Below are positions 56,357 through 64,000 of a stretch of 64,000 nucleotides of DNA, piece by piece; the first letter of the stretch is position 1, and the number at the start of each line of letters is the position of its first letter. The DNA comes from Myxococcota bacterium (GTDB taxonomy: Bacteria > Myxococcota_A > SURF-8). Below the pieces are notes generated by a model. It had not been told where the DNA came from, did no database searches, and worked only from the letters and a program-made list of their open reading frames with translations. The position numbers were made by a program, and so were the translations under genes. Location: the NCBI GenBank assembly GCA_965140415.1, contig OZ223209.1:3936001-4000000 (forward strand), written 5' to 3'.

Positions 56357-59248
56357 TTACTCGCAGGTTGCCTTCAGTTCGATCTCGTCGAAACGCCCTG
56401 AATTACCATTGCCATAATGGTACAATTGGATTTTGGAAGCCTGCACCGCCGCGTGATGATAAAACGGCATATCCTGCTGGATCAATCCATCGTCCAGGTA
56501 CACATCTGCCGTTTTCGCATCCCAATCAAACACCAATCCGATTTTAAACCAACGGTTGGCAACACACGTATTCAACGCCACATGTCCATTGGCGTTTTCC
56601 TGTCCTAGGAAAAACTGCAAACCCGTAGTTGTAATATTGAAATGAGCGATGATCTTTTCGTTGTTCTCGGAATCCGGCCCATAGAGCAGAACATAGTTTT
56701 TGAACTGACTGCTGCTCAGGCATTCATCGGTCTGAACCCAGAAGGACATCGCGCATGGCTGGTACGGATTAAAGCTTTTTTGTAAACCATGATAGTGAGC
56801 GCTGCTGACCGTTTTCGTCAATAGCAGGCTATTGTTGCTGCCATCGGCAGCCGTCGAAGAATCGACCTGGGCGGAGAAATCGGTGCCGATTGTCTCCCAG
56901 GCATCCATCGTTCCATCTTCAAACCCATCTCCGCTCCAAGGCTGCGGCGGTTCTACATATTCTGCCGTCACCTCACCAGATGCTAGTGCAGATTCGAACT
57001 GTGACCAGGCTTGCGAATCTTCTTTCAAATAGTGATCCAGCCAAGGCACAATGTATTGCAAAGCTAAAGGAGTCTGAGCGCCTGAACCGATTGTGCTTCC
57101 TTGATGGTTGCTGGGAATAGGTGTTCCGTAGAAACAATGGTCATAGTAATATTCCGCGTTTTCACAAGTAGTCAGTCCAGGACCACTCGGATCGCTATAG
57201 CCGCAGTGATCGCCTTGATCGATCGTCACACGGAACTTTCCTTGGTCACCGGGTAAGTTGTCGTAGATCGGCTCGGAATGAACCACTGGCGGCGTAATGC
57301 AATCCTCACCCGCATCCAAAATCAAAGCCGGAATCGTCACACCCGCAGCAGCATTGATCGGCCACGTACCACTGATCGGATCGGCGTCTGACAAATCTCC
57401 CAATGGTGCGAGAGACACGATTGTTACTGGAACCTGATGATTTCCACTGTCAGCCAATGCATTGGCCGCTGCATTGAAATCCGCTCCCGCACCGGTAGAG
57501 TGTCCCATCAAGGCGGAAGCTTGTCCCACATGCCCATTGAACATGGAGGAGGAATCCGAACCGAGTTGCTGCATCTTGTCCAGCAGGAAATTCAAGTCGA
57601 TGGCATAGGCATCGACATCAATGGTAGCATTCGAACTCAACTTGTTCGCCAAGACCACGATGTATCCTCTCGGCACCAGTTCTTCCCACAGATAGGCATA
57701 ATCCGCGTAGTTTTGCTGATATCCATGTCCGAATACCACAACCGGAAAAACACCGTTTGCCACAGCAGCAGTTGTTCTGGCACTTATAGCCGGATAGCGA
57801 ATCTCGGCAGGAAAGCCGCCACTTCCATATTGGCTGTCATCGAAAACAACACTCGTTTCCCCAATCGCGTATTCGACCGGTTCAAGATCTCCATCAACTT
57901 GATCGCCATCCGCCAGATCACCATCAACCAGATCGCCGTCTACAACATCCCCGTCAACCCAGTCACCATCCGTCAGGTCACCATCGATGAAATCTCCATC
58001 GATCAGGTCGCCATCGACGAAATCCCCATCAATTACATCGCCATCGATCATGTTACAATCCTGCAACTGTTCGAATTCGTCGAAATATCCGACAGAGTTA
58101 CCCGAATAATGCCAGATGTTGATTCGTCCCACCGATTCGGCAGCACGTTTAAAAGAAACTGCAACTTGCTTCAACACACCATCCAAGTAGACATCCAAAG
58201 TCTGGTTTTCCCAGTCCGGTTCGACTTCCACGTGGAACCAGGTGCTTGGCACACACGCACCCAGGTTGTGATAGACAAACGCATCGTCCATCACACGCAG
58301 TTGCCCGGCGTTGATCACGAACCAGAAAAAAGTACCACCGCTATCCATATCGGTAAAGCTGACTCCGCTTTGATAACCTGTCGCTCCTGGACAAGTTTCC
58401 GTGTACACCCAAAATCCGATGCGGCAGGAAGCGCAAGCATCGAAAGAAATGTTTGCACCGCTGTCGTTGCCGTTGTCCTCGTTTTTTTCAAGCCGGAATG
58501 CATGCTCTGTACCATTCGCCCCCAATGTATCAATTGCACTGAGCGTATAGCGGGAATTCGCAGACCAGTCGTCTACATTTCCATCTTCGAAGTCATCACC
58601 AGGATAAGAACAGGAGCAACTACAATCCGGCACCACGAGTTCGTCATCGCCGTCTACCGGCGTGTCACCATCTATCGGAGTATCACCGTCTACCGGCATG
58701 TCACCATCCACCGGAGTGTCACCGTCTACTGGCATGTCACCATCTGCCGGATTGTCACCGTCGACTGGCATGTCACCGTCGACTGGCGTGTCACCATCTA
58801 CCGGCATGTCACCATCCACCGGCATGTCACCGTCGACTGGCGTGTCACCATCTACCGGCATGTCACCATCCACCGGCATGTCACCGTCGACTGGCGTGTC
58901 ACCATCGACCGGCATGTCGCCGTCTATCGGCGTGTCACCATCCACCGGAGTGTCGCCATCTACCGGCGTGTCTCCGTCTACTGGCGTGTCACCGTCCACC
59001 GGAGAGTCACCGTCCACCGGAGTGTCACCGTCGACTGGCGTGTCACCATCCACCGGCGTGTCGCCATCTACCGGCGTGTCGCCATCTACCGGCGTGTCTC
59101 CGTCTACCGGCGTGTCACCGTCAATTGGAGAGTCATTGCTAATTTCCTGATCTCCATCGGAAGGGTTGTCGTCATCCCCACCGGAACAACTTGCAAGCAT
59201 CATCGTGCAACATAATGCGAGAATCCACAACCCCCATGTCGCTCTCAT
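56357..59248 (-). CDS. Large lipoprotein: DGD stalk, lectin-like domain, DGD linker, alpha/beta hydrolase (chlorophyllase/cutinase-like), second lectin-like domain
   Basis: AGGAG RBS before ATG 59248. Lipobox MLAS-C. VVVFGHGY, GHSTGAG, AGEDC, GDHCGY. Two homologous FEDG..W...FWV...DW...DVYLD...FDE domains. Confidence 0.82.
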   Translation of the reverse strand: MRATWGLWILALCCTMMLASCSGGDDDNPSDGDQEISNDSPIDGDTPVDGDTPVDGDTPVDGDTPVDGDTPVDGDTPVDGDSPVDGDTPVDGDTPVDGDTPVDGDTPIDGDMPVDGDTPVDGDMPVDGDMPVDGDTPVDGDMPVDGDMPVDGDTPVDGDMPVDGDNPADGDMPVDGDTPVDGDMPVDGDTPIDGDTPVDGDDELVVPDCSCSCSYPGDDFEDGNVDDWSANSRYTLSAIDTLGANGTEHAFRLEKNEDNGNDSGANISFDACASCRIGFWVYTETCPGATGYQSGVSFTDMDSGGTFFWFVINAGQLRVMDDAFVYHNLGACVPSTWFHVEVEPDWENQTLDVYLDGVLKQVAVSFKRAAESVGRINIWHYSGNSVGYFDEFEQLQDCNMIDGDVIDGDFVDGDLIDGDFIDGDLTDGDWVDGDVVDGDLVDGDLADGDQVDGDLEPVEYAIGETSVVFDDSQYGSGGFPAEIRYPAISARTTAAVANGVFPVVVFGHGYQQNYADYAYLWEELVPRGYIVVLANKLSSNATIDVDAYAIDLNFLLDKMQQLGSDSSSMFNGHVGQASALMGHSTGAGADFNAAANALADSGNHQVPVTIVSLAPLGDLSDADPISGTWPINAAAGVTIPALILDAGEDCITPPVVHSEPIYDNLPGDQGKFRVTIDQGDHCGYSDPSGPGLTTCENAEYYYDHCFYGTPIPSNHQGSTIGSGAQTPLALQYIVPWLDHYLKEDSQAWSQFESALASGEVTAEYVEPPQPWSGDGFEDGTMDAWETIGTDFSAQVDSSTAADGSNNSLLLTKTVSSAHYHGLQKSFNPYQPCAMSFWVQTDECLSSSQFKNYVLLYGPDSENNEKIIAHFNITTTGLQFFLGQENANGHVALNTCVANRWFKIGLVFDWDAKTADVYLDDGLIQQDMPFYHHAAVQASKIQLYHYGNGNSGRFDEIELKATCE
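57884..58048 (-). repeat. 11 x 15-bp coding repeat (xDGDx)
   Basis: IDGDV IDGDF VDGDL IDGDF IDGDL TDGDW VDGDV VDGDL VDGDL ADGDQ VDGDL. Confidence 0.92.
58644..59129 (-). repeat. 27 x 18-bp coding tandem repeat (PVDGD[TM])
   Basis: Uninterrupted 6-aa period, 27 units counted. Confidence 0.95.
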
Positions 59249-59531
59249 CGCGTTTCTCCTTGAATTACTATAACTTCTCAAATTATTAAATTTTTTACGC
59301 TCCCTATACGGTAAATCACAGAAGAAGCCTTTCCCTGCATGGCACACGACATCAATGCAAGGAAAATTGAGTTTACCCATGTTCAACTAATCGGCAGTTT
59401 GTTCTGAATAATCAATAAAATCGTTATTATTCAAAAATGTAGGCAGGGCGAAACACAGTAGAAGAATTGCAGAATACACAAGGTTTGATGTTGCTTGAAC
59501 TTGGTATTGAAATAACCAATGAACCGTTGAG

Positions 59532-59912
59532 TTATCGATGCCTCGACAACCAAGCTAGAGCCTTATCCATGTCTTTTGTGACCATTGCATTGAACTCGGA
59601 GGATTCACTCAGCGCCTCAAACATTCGCCCAATTCCATAGGCAAAGGTGCTATCTACAACCAAAGCAATCCGTGCGCCTACCAACATATTTCGGAATGGA
59701 TACATTTCTGAAGTGATCTGCCTGAAATCCTCCAACCCTAAATCTGTTTCCTTTGTCATTCTGGCATCGTAAACTTCTCGCAAGGGCAATTTTAGATGAG
59801 GGTCAGCAAACAGAACTTTTGGATACTCAAAAAGATCGACTTTAGAAAGGAATTCCGGCACATCGATCAATACGATTCCAGTCTCTTCCTGAATTGTATA
59901 CTTCAATCCCAT
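59532..59912 (-). CDS. STAS/SEC14 (SpoIIAA-like) domain protein
   Basis: VYDAR, RIALVVDSTFAYGIGRMF, ALAWL. GAGGT RBS. Confidence 0.7.
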   Translation of the reverse strand: MGLKYTIQEETGIVLIDVPEFLSKVDLFEYPKVLFADPHLKLPLREVYDARMTKETDLGLEDFRQITSEMYPFRNMLVGARIALVVDSTFAYGIGRMFEALSESSEFNAMVTKDMDKALAWLSRHR

Positions 59913-60062
59913 ACCTACCTCGTGCAGTCAATCAGCGACCACTAAGTATCAGAAATTGGGTTGCACTTCAGATTCAACGTACTACAGGAACCGGACAGAA
60001 AATGTCCTATTGATTCATTCTTCTAGAAGAAATTAGAAAAAGCGTTGACAATTGAGAGCCAG

Positions 60063-60734
60063 TCAAAGTCGTCTGTTTAAACTGGCAATATAGTCACGGA
60101 TAGCCCTTTGGCCACCATCATGAAAGCGAATGAATTCAACACCTACGCCTGGAGAAGCATGCAGTAATTCGGCCATCTCCGTATTGATTACGTGCACGAC
60201 TTTAGCCTCGGCATGAATCACTTTCAACAAATCGACAAGTACCAGATGCAGGGCAACGACGGTGTTGATCGGCGGAGGGTTCCGAGTCCGCACGAACATG
60301 CCACCATGACGGATGTTCTGTTCATATTCGATGGCCAGATCCCGCTGAGTAGGAAACGCGACTCTCAAAACATGTCGAGTTCCAGGAGAATGTGCAAACT
60401 CCTGAAATCCTTCAATAACATTCTCAATTAGATTAAGATACTTCCCGTCCCTGTGAAGGATTTCCAGTCCAAGATCTTTTCTTGCCCCTAAATCGTGCAC
60501 TCCCAGATCATTGCCGGACCAGCAAACTCGCCCTTCCATCATAACCCGTTTTTTCTGTACAGGAATCAACACTTTAAGTTTGATATCAGGGTCAAACAGA
60601 GTATCCGCGCTGATGCACATGCCCTTTAAAGAAAGGTTCTTAACTGAACCAGAGAGGCTTGGAACCTCCGGACCGAAAAGTACCTTATTCAACCAAGGTA
60701 ACCGCCTTTGCCTTCGCATCTCCGGAGAACTCAT
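60063..60734 (-). CDS. Tandem PilZ-domain protein (paralog of 9042..9701)
   Basis: RRQRR..VLFGPE..NLSLKG in the first domain. NIRHGGMFV...PGVGVEF in the second. AAGGA RBS. Confidence 0.8.
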   Translation of the reverse strand: MSSPEMRRQRRLPWLNKVLFGPEVPSLSGSVKNLSLKGMCISADTLFDPDIKLKVLIPVQKKRVMMEGRVCWSGNDLGVHDLGARKDLGLEILHRDGKYLNLIENVIEGFQEFAHSPGTRHVLRVAFPTQRDLAIEYEQNIRHGGMFVRTRNPPPINTVVALHLVLVDLLKVIHAEAKVVHVINTEMAELLHASPGVGVEFIRFHDGGQRAIRDYIASLNRRL

Positions 60735-60912
60735 CGGAATTCCTTTCCGTGCACGATTCGGCATCTTTCTGTTTCTAGTCCATCCAAATAAACGATCACA
60801 TTCACGGGGAAAAAATGCCATAAATAGCAAGGCCGCCGTATTGAATTGCAATAAAAGAAAAACTCGAAATAATATCAAATAGAAAGCAGTCTCAGAATTG
60901 GAGGAAAAACCA

Positions 60913-61449
60913 ATGCATACACTGATCGTTTATCAAAGCTACTATGGTTCCACAGCCCAAATGGCGCGTTGGATCTCTCAGCGCATTGGCGGAATCGCCA
61001 AACCGGTTTCCGAAGTCACATCCATTGATGAATACGATCTGATCATCATTGGGACACCGATTTATTGCGAGCGCCCATTAGATGAAATCCAGCAATTCGT
61101 TGAACGTTATCGTGACGGTCTCTCGAATAAAGCCACTGCGGTTTACGCCGCTTGTCTGGATACAGAAGAGATCATTCTGGGTGGAAGACACGTTGGTCCG
61201 ATCACTTCGCTACAACCACTAGTAAACAAGCTCCCCTCTCCGCCATTATTGGTACAGGGGCTACCAGGAGAAGTACTGGCCGATCGTTTGACCCAAAAGC
61301 ACCGCGCAGATCTGGAAGACTATTTATCCGTCGTTTCCACGGGTTCCAACGTTCCCGGCATACACAACCGAACTTACATGGACAAAAGCCGGGTATGGCG
61401 TTTCGCCGAACGGGTGCAGTACTTGTTTGACAAACACGCTAAACGATAG
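60913..61449 (+). CDS. Flavodoxin-domain protein (HemG/Flavodoxin_5-like)
   Basis: TLIVYQSYYGST..MA..I, YDLIIIGTPIY. GGAGG RBS. Confidence 0.8.
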   Translation: MHTLIVYQSYYGSTAQMARWISQRIGGIAKPVSEVTSIDEYDLIIIGTPIYCERPLDEIQQFVERYRDGLSNKATAVYAACLDTEEIILGGRHVGPITSLQPLVNKLPSPPLLVQGLPGEVLADRLTQKHRADLEDYLSVVSTGSNVPGIHNRTYMDKSRVWRFAERVQYLFDKHAKR

Positions 61450-61813
61450 ACCCAGCGTCATTGCATTGCCGTAATTGATTTTCGTCTCACTACTAACCCC
61501 ATTGGTTGTTTTCCTACTGTTCGTAATGCAACCCAAATTGACCTCGACAATTACGGTTGAATATTGTAGCTTGAAAGGGAGGGATGATTTGGAAGACAAC
61601 TACGTTCGAGGTGGCATCCGCAGTAGATAGCAACTGCTGATGAAAGAAGCGAGGGAGAGTTTCGTGCGTAATACTGGCCCTCGTCAGCGAGTGTAAAAAT
61701 CAGAAGCTTCTTTAAGTCATGTACCTTCTTTGGCAACTTTTCCTTCATTAGTCGCCATTCGAAGTTGAAGACAAAAGGTTTGCCAAACGAGATTCGTTAA
61801 TAGGATTGCAAAT

Positions 61814-64000
61814 ATGGCCACTGTTCTGATTGTAGACGATGAAAAAGGAATGCGACATTCACTGGGTCGTTTCCTCCAATCGGACGGCCATGAAGTTCAC
61901 GCCGCCCCCAACGCACATGATGCACTGAAAATCCTGGAAAGCCAAGCCCTGGACATCGTACTCTGCGATATTATAATGCCCAGGATGTCGGGAATCGAAC
62001 TGATGCATCGCATCAGCGATCAATACCCCGAGATCAAAGTGATCATGATTACGGGAGAACCGACCTTGGAAACAGCCCTGGAAGCGGTACGCGCCGGGGC
62101 TTTTGACTATCTGACCAAGCCGGTGGATCGCAGCACGATTCGAAAAATCGTGCAAACAGCCGCACGCATCAAACAGTTGGAAGAGGAAAATCGGCGCTAT
62201 CAGCAGGATCTGGAACAACAGGTATCTGAGCGCACAGCCCAACTTCTAAGCTATACGGAACGGCTGAAACAACTTTCCGAGCAAACACGTCGCTTTGCCA
62301 CTTGCAGGGACTTGCAACAACTTGCCAACAAAGTAATGGACACGCTCTCTAGGAGCATGAATGCAGCCGGGGGCAGTTTCTACATTCGAAACAACGGGCA
62401 ACTTAAGCTTCTGTTCGCACTGGATGCAGGACATCAACAATCGACGGTTTCATTGCCCCCCTCCCCCAACAGCGTCATCGGCAAAGCCATGCGCGACAAG
62501 CAGGCGTTTGTTGTGGAAAGCCTTAAAAAAGAGGCAAACCTGCGCGGGTCCGGTTGGGGTGGATACGAAAACGATTCTCTGCTCATTCTGCCATTAAAAA
62601 ACGAAAAAAAGAGTATCATCGGTGTGCTGGCCATTCACGATAAAGAAACGCCTCCCTTTACCGAACAGGATCTGGAACTGGGGCGCATTGTCGAAGCTCA
62701 TGCAGTAGATGCAATCCGAAACATCGAGTTAAGCCGTGTTGTAACGGAAAATGAACGAAAATATCGAGAACTGGCGGAAAATTCCCAAACCGGAATATAC
62801 GTGCATCAACATGGTAAACTGGTTTACGCTAATCAGCGAATGGCCGATATTCTTGAATTCGATTCCAACTCACTGAAAGAATTGATGGCAGCAGACGTTC
62901 AAACATTCGTTCATCCCGATGACCGTGCCATGTTCGAACAATTCAGCCACAACCAACTGCGAGGAGGAGATGCGCCTCAAACTTTCGAGTTGCGGCTCAT
63001 TTCCCGTAAGGGACAGATCATTTGGGCGAACGTCGCCTCTTCGGTAGTCACGTATAACAGCGAAAACGCGATCATGGGAAACCTGATCGATATTACCGAC
63101 CGCAAACGTGCAGAAGAAGTGTTGCTGGAAAGTGAAAAACGCTACCGAACGTTGTTTGAATCCGCTGGAGATGCCATCTTTCTGATGGAAAACGATCGTA
63201 TCGTCGATTGCAACAACAGCACCTTGCGCATGCTGCGGGCGACTCGCCGCGATGTTTTGGGGGCAACAACACTTGCTTTCTCCCCTCAATTACAATCAGA
63301 TAGCGCTCGCTCTGAACGACTGATTTCAGAAAACATCAAACGTGCACTGGATGGTGACTCCGTTTCATTCGAATGGCGCTTCGTTCGTCTGGACGGCACG
63401 ATCTTCGATGCCGATGTCACCATCAACCGGCTTTCCAGTTCCGAACAGGATTTCTATTTACTGGCGATCATCCGTGACATCACAGACCGCCGCATTGCGG
63501 AAGAGGCGGTTAAACAAAGCGAGAAACGCTACAGACTGCTGGTAGAAAACGCACCTATCGGAATTCTCTCCATGGATCGGCACGGCAATATCACTAGTGC
63601 CAATCCGGCGCTGGTTCGGATTCTCGGTTCTCCGTCTTTGGAAGACACGCTCAAAATCAATATGATTTCCTATACAAGAATGGTCAACAGCGGGCTTTCC
63701 GAAGAAATCGTTCGCTGTATGAAGGAAGGCGAGATCATTCAATCCGAACATCCCTACACATCCAAGTGGGGAAAAAAGCTGCAATTGCGCTATTACATCA
63801 CCCCTATCAAAGATGAAACGGATACCATCAACGGCTGTTTGGTATTGGTGGAGGACTTTTCCGAATTCAACGAAGCGCAACTTGAACGTGACAAGTTAGA
63901 GGAACAACTGCGTCAATCGCAGAAAATGGAAGCAATCGGACGTTTAGCTGGTGGTGTAGCGCACGACTTCAACAACCTGCTGACAGGCATCTCAGGCAAT
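61814..64000 (+). CDS. Hybrid sensor kinase: REC-GAF-PAS-PAS-PAS-HisKA (3' truncated; absent from the ORF track)
   Basis: ATG 61814 reads MATVLIVDDEKG..CDIIMPRMSG..FDYLTKP. Same frame at the window end reads QSQKMEAIGRLAGGVAHDFNNLLTGISGN (H-box). Confidence 0.9.
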   Translation, partial: MATVLIVDDEKGMRHSLGRFLQSDGHEVHAAPNAHDALKILESQALDIVLCDIIMPRMSGIELMHRISDQYPEIKVIMITGEPTLETALEAVRAGAFDYLTKPVDRSTIRKIVQTAARIKQLEEENRRYQQDLEQQVSERTAQLLSYTERLKQLSEQTRRFATCRDLQQLANKVMDTLSRSMNAAGGSFYIRNNGQLKLLFALDAGHQQSTVSLPPSPNSVIGKAMRDKQAFVVESLKKEANLRGSGWGGYENDSLLILPLKNEKKSIIGVLAIHDKETPPFTEQDLELGRIVEAHAVDAIRNIELSRVVTENERKYRELAENSQTGIYVHQHGKLVYANQRMADILEFDSNSLKELMAADVQTFVHPDDRAMFEQFSHNQLRGGDAPQTFELRLISRKGQIIWANVASSVVTYNSENAIMGNLIDITDRKRAEEVLLESEKRYRTLFESAGDAIFLMENDRIVDCNNSTLRMLRATRRDVLGATTLAFSPQLQSDSARSERLISENIKRALDGDSVSFEWRFVRLDGTIFDADVTINRLSSSEQDFYLLAIIRDITDRRIAEEAVKQSEKRYRLLVENAPIGILSMDRHGNITSANPALVRILGSPSLEDTLKINMISYTRMVNSGLSEEIVRCMKEGEIIQSEHPYTSKWGKKLQLRYYITPIKDETDTINGCLVLVEDFSEFNEAQLERDKLEEQLRQSQKMEAIGRLAGGVAHDFNNLLTGISGN

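Noticed and set aside
58644-59129. Possible CRISPR array
   Set aside because: Contiguous 18-bp units without unique spacers, in frame within a CDS, and no cas genes in the window
58662-59150. ORF of SPSTGV repeats, and similar Ser/Pro-rich ORFs at 1229..1750, 3032..3466 and 4202..4516
   Set aside because: Antisense shadows of DGD codons (GAY-GGN-GAY reads SPS in reverse). The sense genes have RBS, lipobox and real domains.
57437-59215. 592-aa plus-strand ORF with RVTIHR repeats
   Set aside because: Alternative-frame shadow of the repeat-rich lipoprotein on the minus strand, with no independent motifs
61551-61748. 65-aa minus-strand ORF in the gap before the hybrid kinase
   Set aside because: No RBS or recognisable motif; probably non-coding regulatory DNA

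Overview
Gene-dense bacterial chromosomal window with about 58 CDS. I found no rRNA, tRNA, CRISPR array or transposase. Gene content (tandem-PilZ proteins, Cys-rich Pal, FprA, several PAS/GAF kinases, B12 radical SAM enzymes) suggests a diderm, probably deltaproteobacteria-like lineage (inference). Housekeeping blocks: mutM, scpA-scpB-rluB, lgt, pal-cpoB-nifS-xseB-tlyA, an S1-domain protein, sucCD, Hsp20 and DUF721. Most notable observations: (1) five lipoproteins with Asp-Gly-Asp (DGD) tandem-repeat linkers of 5-, 6- or 7-residue period carrying hydrolase, lectin-like or Cys-rich cargo, all with an acidic motif right after the lipidated Cys that the other lipoproteins lack; (2) an operon of ECF S-component-like protein, EcfT-like domain fused to a non-ABC P-loop NTPase, and TonB-dependent receptor, a candidate non-canonical uptake system; (3) a cluster of three radical SAM enzymes and a DegT aminotransferase converging on a YfhO-type glycosyltransferase and a DUF362 Fe-S protein; (4) a nested double REP-like inverted-repeat element at 14985-15145. 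All calls come from reading motifs by eye, with no database searches. Many starts were moved from the ORF track to RBS-supported or overlap-supported codons.
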